Shown here: positions 37,655 through 50,450 of the stretch, one piece after another | Layout of the letters: every line of letters begins with the position of its first letter | Position numbering within the stretch: the stretch's first letter is position 1 | NCBI RefSeq assembly: GCF_006345805.1 | Contig: NC_043004.1 | Location: 79,732,001 to 79,796,000, forward strand | DNA: 64,000 bases | Source of the DNA: Octopus sinensis | Taxonomy: Eukaryota | Direction: 5' to 3' | Position numbers and translations under genes: made by a program | The notes under the pieces: model-generated | What the model was told of the DNA's origin: nothing | The model's input: only the letters and a program-made list of their open reading frames with translations | Database searches by the model: none

Positions 37655-38900
37655 ATGAAGTTAATTATATGACCGGCCATAGAGTGACCAGTGGTTTCGC
37701 GTCCATAAAGCGCTTATCCTTATAGACAACTCATGCGACTCCACTGGCCTCGGGCATCTAACCTCTTTTCAAAATGGAGATTAAAAAAATGTTACGATCA
37801 GCTAATTTTGAAACAAAGCATACGTTGTCCGAGTCTTAGGCGGGACATGTTATTGCACTTAGATCGGATCTAGTTTGCAGATTTTTTACGGCCCTATTCC
37901 ACGAACAGGGAAACCCCGCTCTTGGATTAGTTCCAGTTAGAAACTTTTTTATGGTCCTAATCAACGAACGGGTAAACCCATGCTTGCAATATGTAGCATT
38001 TAAAATGCGGGCAAGGGCTGGAGTTTAAAAGGGTGCCCGGGTCAAGCAAATCTTTTATAATCCTTGCCCGCTCCGCTATGCAAAGCTTGGATCGTCCGCT
38101 CCCGTTTATGTAGGATAAGATCCCGGTTGTTCTAGGAGCCTCCATTTAATTGCGTATGGAGTGCCTTCGTCCTTAAGGCACCACGCGTGGATTGCCGGAG
38201 ACGTGACGTAACGCCTTTCCGGAATCCTAAAAGTGGGCCTATGATTTTACAGACGTTGCTTAAAGGCAGTTCGAGCCGAACTAATGCATCTCCGAATTTG
38301 CGTGCTGGTTGTGTCATCGCCTCTGGTGTTTCTTCTGTTGACTCTGGGACTGAGGTTGCTGCTGAGGTTGCTGTCGGTGCCGTTATTACGGAACTGATCT
38401 AAGGCCGATCTTAGGCTCGGACAATATATTTTTTGTTTACAAAATTAACTGACCGTAACGTTTTTCTATCTCAATTTTGAAAACAGGTCATATGCCTGCA
38501 GCCATTAGAGTCTATATATTCGTTTATATTCGGTCGGCAGTTCTACGTATTCACCTACGCTTTTCTTGCATCTGTATTTCGTGGGTTCACTCTGGGGTCG
38601 TTTAAAACTGCCGTCTCTAATATGACCCAAAGCATTTTGTAGACGGAGCCTTCATCAACATTTCGAGCTAATTAAACTTAAATATGTGTACACTATGTCT
38701 CTTTTTCTGTATTCCTATTTTCAAATTAAAACTTCTACTCTGACTAAGTATTGTGAAAGGATGATTATTTCTCTTGTAGTAACTGTCCGCTTGGGGACAC
38801 CAGGTATTTGAAATACTCTGGCTTTGAATTTGAAATCATCCTAATAAACTGTTGACGAAAAGCCAAGGCGATATGTCTACAAAGCGAAGTCTAATCCACT
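37655..38900 (-). mobile_element. Decayed Penelope-like element: RT-EN linker and GIY-YIG endonuclease, 3' end in (TA)n
   Basis: Hand translation across frameshifts: TAFKQRL*NHRPTFRIP...IHAWCLKDEGTPYAIKWRLL and SYINGSGRSKLCIAERARIIKDLLDPGTLLNS. These match the PLE GIY-YIG pattern TFKQRYNNHK.SF...IW.LK...Y.IKW...PY.NG...C.LC..E...I......LLN. Upstream NPRNT...NCRPNINEYI resembles the FNRNT...SCMPNI linker. Confidence 0.7.
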
Positions 38901-39999
38901 TCGTAACGAGGGGTCACAACTATGAAATAACTGCTTGAAACCAATTTTTACACCTCAAAGAATAAGCTGAAAACGGTTTGTGAATTTCGTTTGTAGTTAA
39001 TAATGCTACATAATAATTACCACTAACAAGAAATTTTAAGAACTTCATACGTAAATGTTAAAAAAATTAATATGTATTCGTTGCATGTTTTTTACTTATC
39101 CCTTAATTTCAAACCCAAACTTCTAATCCTGCCAAATGTGAATAAATTATTATCTCCCTTGTATTAATTCTTCACTAGGCGGCATCACATATTTGAAACA
39201 CTGGTCAATTTTACAACTGCTAAACGCGATGAGCTATTTCCGGTCACGGATCCAAGAGAGAACGAGATGTATATGACCGTTGAGAGTTAACCGTGTTTGT
39301 TTTTACATACCTTGCTTCTGTTTGTTTTCCGGTTCTCTATTCACTCCAATATAATATATATTTCGCCATAATTCAGCTATAAAATGTTTTATAATATCTT
39401 AGAACTAGATATTTATAGCATACATTCTGTTGACTAAAATAAATTATTGTGACTGCTTCTTAAAATATTTGATAAATTTAGGCTCCAGAATAATTCACTT
39501 TATGAGTTTGCTTCACCGTTAATAACGTTATCTTTTCCCGTGGTCTATTTTATGTCATTTTATAGTTATCCACTTATATTTCATGTACATTATATTATTA
39601 TTATACTTTTATACTGTATAAACTCATTGTATTTACAACATCAACACAGAGATATTTACCTCATTCACTGCTGAAAAGCATACGTACATTATTATATTAT
39701 GGTATTTATATCGTTGTAGTTATTACACTCAGCACATTAACACGAATATATTTATTTCATTCACAATTGAGAACGGCTAAAGTAATGCTCATCTGGTGAA
39801 AACAACTTTCTAATAGTCAGCCATTGTTTCGTAAAAACCAACCATGATCTGGCAAAAGAGGAGATTCATAAATAAAATAACAAATACAAGCCATTGATAT
39901 ATAATGCTTTATGGAGAAATCAATACCACATCAATCATTTTTACTGAACCAATCAACAACAGGACACGGTGTTCGGTATTATCATTGAATTAGCATAAT

Positions 40000-40860
40000 A
40001 ATAAACACAGCCTGTACTGAAAGTATTGCTACTATACAAAAACTGTACTGCACTAATAATGTAGGTATTAAACAGTATAACAATACAGCCACTCCTCAGA
40101 ACCTAAAAATAATATAGTCGTTGTACTAACAATGCAGTCACTGTACGGAAACTGTATGGTACCTAATGATTTAGTTTGTCTACTGAAATAAAAATATAGT
40201 CACCGTACAAACTGTACTGACTGTACTAGAACTAAACTGTACTAAGAATTTAGTAACTGTACAGAAGTAAAAATATGGTCACTCGTAAAAGTAAGATCGA
40301 TATTAAAACTGAACTATACTGAAAACTCAGTTATTGTACTAACAATTTAGTTAATAATAAAAACGGTACAGTACTGAAAATATAGTCACTTTGCAAAAAA
40401 AATAGCTGTTGCGTACAGAGATTGTACTGTACTAAAAATGAGGTCCCTGTATTAGCAATACAGTTACTGTACTGTACTAACAATGAAGCCCCTGTACTAA
40501 AACTGTACTATACTTACTGTAGTAACAATGCAGTTATTTTACAAAACAGTGTAACTACTCTACTGAAATTAACTGTACGAACTATGTAGTCACTTTATAG
40601 TACTACAAATGCAGTAACTGTATAGCTGTACAATAAGCTGTCCTGTGGTAACAACGCAGTGACTGTACTGGAAATCTTGAAGTACTAAACTTACTGAATA
40701 TGTAGTCACACACAGCACTAACAACAGCTCAACACTAGTGCACTATTGACATATTACACTGTACCGACACTGCAATGGTACTGCATTGACACTGCACTGA
40801 TACCCTAGGTACACTCTACAGACTCTGCAATGACAGCTACACACACACCCCTAGTACACA
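40000..40860. repeat. Degenerate ACTGTA/TACAG-based low-complexity satellite
   Basis: Dozens of actgta/gtact motifs at irregular short spacing, drifting to actgca/gacac motifs at the right end. Confidence 0.75.
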
Positions 40861-41130
40861 TTTTTGTTGATTCTATCTGGTTTATAGGTGTATGTAAATA
40901 AAAGGCGGCGAGCTGGCAGAAACGTTAGCACGCTGGGCGAAATCCTAAGCGCTATTTCATCTACCTTTACGTTCTGCGTTCAAATTCCGTTGAGGTTGAC
41001 TTTGTCTTTCATCCCCTTTCTGGGTTGATAAATTAAGTACCAGTTGTGTACTGCGATCGATCTAATTGACTGGCTTTCTCCCCAAAAATTTCGGGCCTAG
41101 AGTAGAAAAGAATATTTCACATTGCTTAAG

Positions 41131-42355
41131 GCAGCGAGCTGGCAGAGTGGTTAGCACGCCAGGCGAAAGGCTTAGCAGGTATTTCGTCTGCCGTTACGTT
41201 CTGAGTTCAAATTCCGCCGAGGTCGACTTTGCCTTTCATCCTTTCGGGGTCGATTAAATAAGTACCAGTTACGCACTGGGGTCGATATAATCGACATAAT
41301 CCTTTTGTCTGTCCTTGTTTGTCCTCTCTGTGTTTAGCCTCTTGTGGGTAGTAAAGAAATAGGTATTTCGTCTGTCTTTAAACTCTGAGTTCAAATTCCG
41401 CCGAGGTCGACTTTGCCTTTTATCCTTTCGGGGTCAATAAATAAAGTACCAGTTTCGCACTGGGGTCGATGTAATCGACTTAATCCGTTTGTCTGTCCTT
41501 GTTTGTCCCCTCTGTGTTTAGCCCCTTGTGGGTAGTAAAGAAATAGGTATTTCGTCTGTCTTTAAACTCTGAGTTCAAATTCCGCCGAGGTCGACTTTGC
41601 CTTTTATCCTTCGGGGTCGATTAAATAAGTACCAGTTACGCACTGGGGTCGATGTAATCGACTTAATCCGTTTGTCTGTCTTTGTTGTCCTCTCTGTGTT
41701 TAGCCTCTTGTGGGTAGTAGTAAAAGAAATAGGTATTCGTCTGTCTTTAAACTCTGAGTTCAAATTCCGCCGAGGTCGACTTTGCCTTTTATCCTTTCGG
41801 GGTCAATAAATAAAGTACCAGTTTCGCACTGGGGTCGATGTAATCGACTTAATCCGTTTGTCTGTCCTTGTTTGTCCCCTCTGTGTTTAGCCCCTTGTGG
41901 GTAGTAAAGAAATAGGTATTTCGTCTGTCTTTAAACTCTGAGTTCAAATTCCGCCGAGGTCGACTTTGCCTTTTATCCTTTCGGGGTCGATTAAATAAGT
42001 ACCAGTTACGCACTGGGGTCGATATAATCGACATAATCCTTTTGTCTGTCCTTGTTTGTCCTCTCTGTGTTTAGCTCCTTGTGGATAGTAAAGAAATGGG
42101 TATTTCGTCTGTCTTTACATTCTGAGTTCAAATTCCGCCGAGGTCAACTTTGCCTTTCATCCTTTTGGGGTCAATAAATTAAGTACCAGTTACGCACTGG
42201 GGTCGATGTAATCGACTTAATCCGTTTGTCTGTCTTTGTTTGTCCTCTCTGTGTTTAGCTCCTTGTGGATAGTAAAGAAATGGGTATTTCGTCTGTCTCT
42301 ATGTTCTGAGTTCAAATTCCACCGAGATCGTCTTTGACTTTTCGTCCTTTCGGTA
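41131..42355 (+). repeat. SINE-derived tandem array: one family B head + six complete ~184-bp units + one partial unit
   Basis: Units begin (a/g)ggtatttcgtctg at 41177, 41361, 41545, 41731, 41914, 42098 and 42282. Preceded by a B2-type SINE at ~40905-41110. Confidence 0.95.
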
Positions 42356-43080
42356 TTTAATTTATGGAAATTATGAAATTATAATGTGAACTAAACGGGA
42401 AAACAGTTTTCATGCTGCCCTGTGACAGTGAAGTGCATTGTTAAAATGGGGTTCAGACTGTAGCTATTAGCCAAAATTGTGAAACTATGACAAATTGGCT
42501 AGACCTTAGCAAACTTTATAAACAGAGATAAATTTTATACCCCCACCCCCACCCCTCATTTTTTTGTGACTGTTTATTCTGTGAGACAAAGTTGTTCCAT
42601 TGGATTCTGGAAGTTATGATTTCCCGTTTAGTTTATGCACTTTGTGCTTTGTGTTAGGCATTTATGGATTTATTTTTTGCTCCAGGAATTCGCCAGAACT
42701 TTTGTCAGATTTAAAATAATTTCTGTGTCACATCTGGGTGAGTACAAAAAAAATCTCTTCAGTTATGTTATAATATTTATGTGAATTCTGAACCTTGCAT
42801 TTGTGGGTGGCAGGTTGTGTAGTAATTTTGCTAGCTATTTTCTGTTAAGATAAATCTTTAAATGTGTATAAATAGCCAAAGGGTGTATGCATTTAAAATT
42901 TTCATGAAGTCAATTTTTGTATTAGACAACTAACTGTAAATTTTGTCTAATGATTACTCAGCATGTTTATATGAAGCAGTTTTGTGTGAATTTAAAGCAA
43001 ACTTCCTTTTTGTTTGACCATTTAATTTTTTAACTATAATTATTGATATAGTCTGGCAGCCGTTTTGTGTCGTGAACTTT

Positions 43081-43420
43081 TAGTTTAATTGGTTGCTTTG
43101 ACGTTAGATTTAATTATGTTTTGGTCCAATGTTCGAAATCCAAGGTTGAACACCGAATTTGTGAAGACATATTGTATTAAGTCAAGGTTCGAAATCCACT
43201 GTCGAAATCCGATGTTCGAAAACCGAATTTCTACTAAAGTGGAAATCCGAATTAGTTTAATTGGTTGCTTTGACGTTAGATTTAATTATGTTTAGGTCCA
43301 AGGTTCGAAATCCAAGGTTGAACAGCGAATTTGTGAAGACATATTGTATTAAGTCAAGGTTCGAAATCCACTGTTGAAATCCGAGGTTCGAAAACCGAAT
43401 TTCTACTAAAATGGAAATCT
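43081..43420. repeat. 172-bp tandem duplication rich in TTCGAAATCC-like motifs
   Basis: tagtttaattggttgctttgacgttag at 43081 and 43253. Confidence 0.9.
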
Positions 43421-43735
43421 GAATTTTATGAAATCCAAAATTTTTGGAATGCATATTTTTGAAAAACCAAATTTCTGTGAGGCCAATTTTGGTAAAACCA
43501 AAAACTGGGATACGGAGTTCGAATTTCTGAACTGTGTATAAATGTTAGCCTTGTAACTTTTGACTACACATCTGGTGTAGCATTTGCTGTTTGTTCGTGT
43601 ATATATTTGTTTGTAAGCTGTTTTTATGCTGACTATTAATAATATTTTACAAAAAAATTCAGGGTGTGGTGTTGTTTTGAATTCACTCTGTCCACGTTGA
43701 TTCTGTGAATTCGGGTTATGGCCACCAGGTCGTAA

Positions 43736-43775
<40 letters not shown>

Positions 43776-43959
43776 GACGGGCTTCTTTCAGTCACCGCCT
43801 ACCAAATCCACTCACAAGGCATTGGTCGGCCCGATGCTATAGTAGAAGACACTTGCCCAGGATGACACGCAGTGGGACTGAACCCGGAACCATGTGGTTA
43901 GGAAGAGAGCTTCTTACAACACAACCACGCCTATATTTATATATGTGTATATAGATATA

Positions 43960-44046
<87 letters not shown>

Positions 44047-44408
44047 TCTTTTACTCTTTTACTTGTTTCAGTGATTTGACCGCGGCCATGCTGGAGCACC
44101 GCCTTTAGTCGAGCAATTCGAACCCGGGACTTATTCTTTGTAAGCCCAGTACTTATTCTATCGGTCTCTTTTTGCCGAACCGCTAAGTGACGGGGACGTA
44201 AACACACCATCATCGGTTGTCAAGCAATGACACACAACACATATATACGACAGGCTTCTTTCAGCTTCCGTCGACCAAATCCACTCACAAGGCATTGGTC
44301 GGCCCGGAGCTATAGCAGAAGATATTTGCCCAAGATACCATGTAGTGGGACTGAACCCGGAACCATGTGGCTGGTAAGCAAGCTCCTTACCACACAGCCA
44401 CTCCTGCG

Positions 44409-44459
<51 letters not shown>

Positions 44460-44468
44460 ATATATATA

Positions 44469-44508
<40 letters not shown>

Positions 44509-44519
44509 TATATATATAC

Positions 44520-45420
44520 ATACTACATATGCTACATAGGTCGGAAATTATGTCTGCGGGTGTGTTTGTGGAGTTGTTAGCTAACTCCTCCTACACCGTT
44601 TTATCGATTTTTATGAAACTTGACACTTGAGTATAACTCATGTCTGGAACCCTCATGGCATACTCGGATTGTTGAAAGCAATCGATAATAGGGCCCCTGG
44701 AAGGGATCCTTATATATATATATCTAATATATTTTGTTTTAAAAACCAAGGGAAATAACCCATTCGCCGCTGGAAGGGATCCTTACATATAACTAAATTA
44801 TTTCGTAAAAATGAAATTCAGTATGCTTATTTCTTAGTATTTGAACTGTTAGAGTTACTTTCACAATTTATTCAGTACAACCATTAAACAAATAAAAAGT
44901 ATTTTCCTAAACAACAGATCTACTTATTTCGGTTAGTAACTTATTCACGAATATACCAACACTAGCGCCCCTGGGGGTAATATTCTCTGGAAACGCAAAA
45001 AAAACCTTTTCAGAGTTATTTACTTTAAATTGTTATAATCTCATATCTAAATAGCCTGTTATTACGTAACATGCTTCACGATTTTAGTATACATACCTTA
45101 TTAGTATTTCCTCCTACGTTCTATATATTCTGAGAACGAATTAAAGCCCTTTTCGGGGACACTTTATTTGAATTCTTACTATTGGGTAACTAATTTCATG
45201 TTATTACATAACTGACTTCACAATTTGGGTATTCATAACTTATTGGGAATTCCTAAAAACAAGATCCCGTGTAAGACAGTTCGGTATTCTCTGCAAATGC
45301 ACAAAACCGTTTTAAGGGCTACATACTTTGTATTGTTGTTATTGGATTAGCGAAACAATTATGAAAACGGAACCAAAACTTAAGCCCCGCTACCCGAGAA
45401 TTGCCGGGTACACCAGCTAG
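44520..45420 (+). mobile_element. Non-autonomous Helitron
   Basis: 3' hairpin tacccg-agaattgc-cgggta (45391-45410) followed by CTAG (45417-45420) and T. The 5' part has Helitron-N-like tgtgtttgt...ttttatgaaacttgacac; the 5' boundary is approximate. Confidence 0.72.
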
Positions 45421-45421
45421 T

Positions 45422-45457
<36 letters not shown>

Positions 45458-45612
45458 GTATATATATGTGTGATGTGTGTGTATGTATGTACGTATACGT
45501 GTTTGTGTGTCTATGTGTATACATATATATATATTTCGGTGCGAATGATTTTTTTATACGGTGCCGAGTTTACAATCCTGTAAATAGTAATAATGTTATA
45601 TATATATATATG

Positions 45613-45693
<81 letters not shown>

Positions 45694-47226
45694 GTACAGA
45701 TATATGTACACACACATACATTCACTCGTGTGCGCCTGCGCGTCTACAGGCATATATTATGACCAGGCGCAAATCATCTCCTATAATTGTTTATATGATC
45801 TTACCTATAATTTTCTCACGGACATTTTTTTCGAATAACATTACCACATAGTTTTCGAATACAAACATATCAAACCAGTAATTATCATCTGTCAATTTTA
45901 GCCTGTTTCATCATCCGATATTTTCGTGAATATTTTCGTGTCTCAGTTATTTCATTGGTGGTCAATTCGCCGAGTAGGTGGAGTCCTCAGCGCGGTGCAC
46001 AAACTGCTTAGCGGCCTTTCCTCCGGATCTTTCCCTTCTGGGTTCAAATTCTGTCCAAGTCGATTTTTGCTGTCGATCTTTTCAGTGTTGATAAAATAAT
46101 TAGACGCAGGAGTGGCTGTGTGGTAAGAAGCTTGCTTCCTGCGCATGCGTTGGTCAGTGTTTTCTTTGCACTGCTGGGAGTCAATACACCTACGTCGGCG
46201 GGCGTTGACTGCTTCCCCCATCAACCTTCTCTTTTTTCATTCCATCATCATCATCATTATGTTTGTGTCCAGCCCGCATCTGTATTATGCCTTTATGATA
46301 AATGTAATAAAATAAAGACGCCTGCTTCCCAACCACATGGATCTGGGCTCATTCCCATTGCGTGGAGCCTTGGGCAAGTGTCCTCTACTATAGCCTCGGG
46401 CCGACCAAAGCCTTGTGAGTGGATTTGTTAGACAGAAACTGAGAGAAGCCCGTGGTCGTGACTTCTGGGACTCGATTGATGAAAGAAAGCCTAGAATGAC
46501 CTCGTCTTTTTTTTTTTTTGCCTGTCCTTCTAATTGTTGTTTCTCTTGTCCGCCTTTGTATCATATATATTTAGTCGAATGAATTGACCCCAACACTTAT
46601 ATTCTCTTAATCCTGGTGCTTATTCTATCGGTCTCACTTGCCGAACCACAAAGTTACAGGGACGTAAGCACACTAACACCAGTTGCCAATGGAAATGGAT
46701 GCGTGGCGTTGAATCAAATAATATATAGCAAATAAATAATAGTTTAAAGTAATTTTTTTTTCTTGTGCCACAAACCATTTACCATTTCTGTGGTACCCCC
46801 GCCTTCCCTTGATGCCCTAAGCACGTGCTTATTTTGCTTAATGTTTAATCCATGCCTCCTCCCTTTCTCCTCGTCTATGAGGCCCTGTTAAGTGTCAAGG
46901 CCACTGCTTTCCCTCCTAACTACGAGATACAGAACGCCTGTATAAAGTGAAATTATCATTTCACACAGGCGTTCATTTTTGTCACCCATTATACTCTGCG
47001 TTGTTATTTTTACGCTGCGCTAAATTCTCAAATCTGCCTTGATCAACATAATTAACGTAATTAAAATAATTTTCTTACTCGAATTATTGTTATTGTTATC
47101 TGCTCTTTATCTTTGGAATCACTTTATTCTTTTACAGTGCAAACGGTCGTTTTATGTACGTTACGCACCCTGTCGATCTGAAAGAAGGAACTCCTTATTA
47201 GATAACAATGGAATTAATAGCAAATA

Positions 47227-47301
<75 letters not shown>

Positions 47302-47396
47302 ATACAGCTCTCTCTATCTCTGCCGCTCTCTCTCACTCTCTCTCTGCAGCTCTCTCTCTCTCTGCAGCTCTCTCTCTCTCTCTCTCTCTGCCGCTC

Positions 47397-47467
<71 letters not shown>

Positions 47468-48437
47468 ATATATATCTTCCAATGGTTGCTCTGTCTGCTA
47501 GAAATAGCAACCTAAGAATTCACGGCTGCGTTCGAATAAATGGGGTCATATGACCAACAAATTTCAATTCCGTTAGTGAGATTAATAGTTTAAAATGGCG
47601 GAAAATTATTTGGAAAATTTTGTACAAAATTTGTCGAAAAACCATCAGAATACACGGGGATATTACCATTTAGTAACGTGAGTGTTCACAGTTGCGTTCG
47701 AGTAGAAGAAATCATATGACCAGATAAATTCAATGCTGTTGGGGCACTTAATATGCCGACAAATTCCTTTGAAGGTTTTATACAAAATCTGTCAAAACAT
47801 GATATTACACGGAAATTACCGTTGTTGATTGTAGAAATCGGCAGTGCCCATGATCTTTCTGAGAGTCTCCAAGACCGATGAGGAGGAAAGGAAGGCGTTC
47901 TTCCCCGACAGAAGACCTAGCTTGAATCCTTGCAAGAGACCGGACGTCATTAAAAGTACCGAAAGACCGAGCAATAGTTTTAACCCGGGTCGGAGATTAA
48001 GTCTAACAAGCCAAAAGGGGAACAGTCTATCCAATAGATTAAATTTACTTCTCCCAGCTAAGTCCAACTCAGGATTTGTGGTAGAATTCATTTGCCTACA
48101 ATGCCCTGCATGGCTTTTTTTTTCCTTTTCAACCTAAAACCATGCAGTTATGAAACGAACTTCTTAACTACACCCAACGCAATTTTTCTACTAACCGTCT
48201 TTTAATAAAAACCAAACGTGAATGTTCTTAATTCACCGCTCTCCAGGCAAGGAAGGAAGTTGTTGAGAAGGGCTTTCCATGTTCTTCAGGTCATACTTAA
48301 ACCTGGTCTGTTATTTTTGTCACTAATCCTTCGGGTCAATAAAGGAGCCTCTACACCAGGGATCCCCAACTATCGGATCATGGATCATTTAGCATCGAGC
48401 CGCACTGACAGAATATTTTTTTAATTTTGAATCATGT

Positions 48438-48488
<51 letters not shown>

Positions 48489-49569
48489 ACATATACATAT
48501 ATCGGTCTCATATTTTGGCACAAGGCCAGAAATTTCGAGGTTGGGGCTAAGTCGATTAGACCGACTCCAGTGCTCAATTCGTACTTATTTTATCGATCCC
48601 GAAAAGATGAAAGGCAAAATAGACCTCGACGGAATTGTTGTATTATACATGTTACAATGTAATAGAGCCGAAATAGAGTGCATAAAGAACAATGTATTTA
48701 ATAGATTTGCATTTATGTATGTATTTATGTATTTAGGCGGTGGAGTTGCAGAGAGGTTACCGCGCCGGGCAAAAATGCGTAACAGCATTTCGTTTGTCTC
48801 TACGTTCTGAGTACAAGTTCCGCCAAAGTCGACTTTGGACCGATAAAATAAGTACCAGTTATGCACTGGGGTCGAGATAATCGACTAATCCCCTCTTCTG
48901 AAATTGCTGGCCTTGTGTCAAAATTTGAAATCAGTATATATATATAACGCGAATGCTGCTGTGTTGCAAAAAGCTTGCTTACCAACCACATGGTTCTGGG
49001 TTCAGTCCCACTGAGTGGCACTTTGGGCAAGTATCTTCTACTATAGCCTTGGGCCGACCAAAGCCTTGTCAGTGGATTTGGTATATATATGGGGGGGGGG
49101 GTGTAATAGTTAAATTTTGTTTTATGTGTTTCGTTGGTTTGTTCCCTCGGTCTGTGGAAAAATTGTCTGGCATGAAACCAAACCACGGCGCAAAAGAAGT
49201 GTGGAGAGCACTGCGCCACATGATCACCCAGCCTGCTAGAAATAGAAACCAAATCTCCTCCAAATAACATTCTACCGTCTTAAATAAGGAACGGACACTT
49301 TAAATAATGTAGTCGAAGATACCCTCTAAAAATAGTGGATGGTCATGTCTAGAATGCCTTTCATCTCAAAATTAGTCGATCAACTTTCACTCGGGTAGCC
49401 AAACATCAACATAAACTGGTGTAATATAATCAATAATTTCAAGTTATTATATTCCAAGTTTCTCGCTCATTTCGATCTCTTTTCAAACGCCATGTTTGTT
49501 CGCTTCTGTTTGTATTGTTTGCAAATCATTCTCGATAACAATTGAACACGTTGAATATCCTGGATATAT

Positions 49570-49937
49570 ATATGTGTGTATGCGTATACATAATATAACA
49601 TATATATATGCGTATGTATATATGTGTATGTGTGTGTGTAATATCGACATATAATGTATATATATATATATATATGTATATATATGTATATATATATATG
49701 TATATATAATATATGTATGCATATATATATGTATATATATGTATATATATATATGTATATATATGTATATATATGTGTGTATATATATATATGTATATAT
49801 ATGTGTATATATATGTTATATATATGTATATATATATGTATATATATATGTATATGTATATATATATATATGTATATATATATGTATTTATATATATATA
49901 TGTATATATATATATATAGATATATATATATATAATA

Positions 49938-49978
<41 letters not shown>

Positions 49979-50033
49979 GTATATATATATATGTATATAT
50001 ATATGTATATATATATATGTGTATATATATATA

Positions 50034-50065
<32 letters not shown>

Positions 50066-50362
50066 GTATATATATGTATATATATATATGTGTGTATATA
50101 TATATATGTATATATATATGTGTGTATATATATGTTATATATATGTGTATATATATATATGTATTATATATATATATATATGTAATATATATGTATATAT
50201 ATGTATATATATATGTATATATTATGTATATATGTATATATATATATGTTATATATATATATGTGCGTGTATATATATATGTGTGTATTATATGTATGTA
50301 TATATATATATATATCTATGTATATATATATATATATATATGTATATGTATATATATAATAT

Positions 50363-50418
<56 letters not shown>

Positions 50419-50450
50419 CAGTACTACACACATATGTATGAATGTATATA
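49570..50450. repeat. ~0.9-kb (TA/TATG)n microsatellite; similar tracts at 24240-24700, 33710-33960, 36960-37660, 47230-47475 (CT)n, 55990-56430
   Basis: Seen directly. Confidence 0.97.

Noticed and set aside
41131-42355. Regularly spaced repeats with palindromes, superficially CRISPR-like
   Set aside because: Whole 184-bp units are near-identical (no unique spacers), they derive from a SINE, and there are no cas genes in this eukaryotic context.
47816-48424. GC-richer segment with ORFs of 68-97 aa
   Set aside because: No myosin or other recognisable motif; at best a faint resemblance to a LINE C-terminus, too weak to call.
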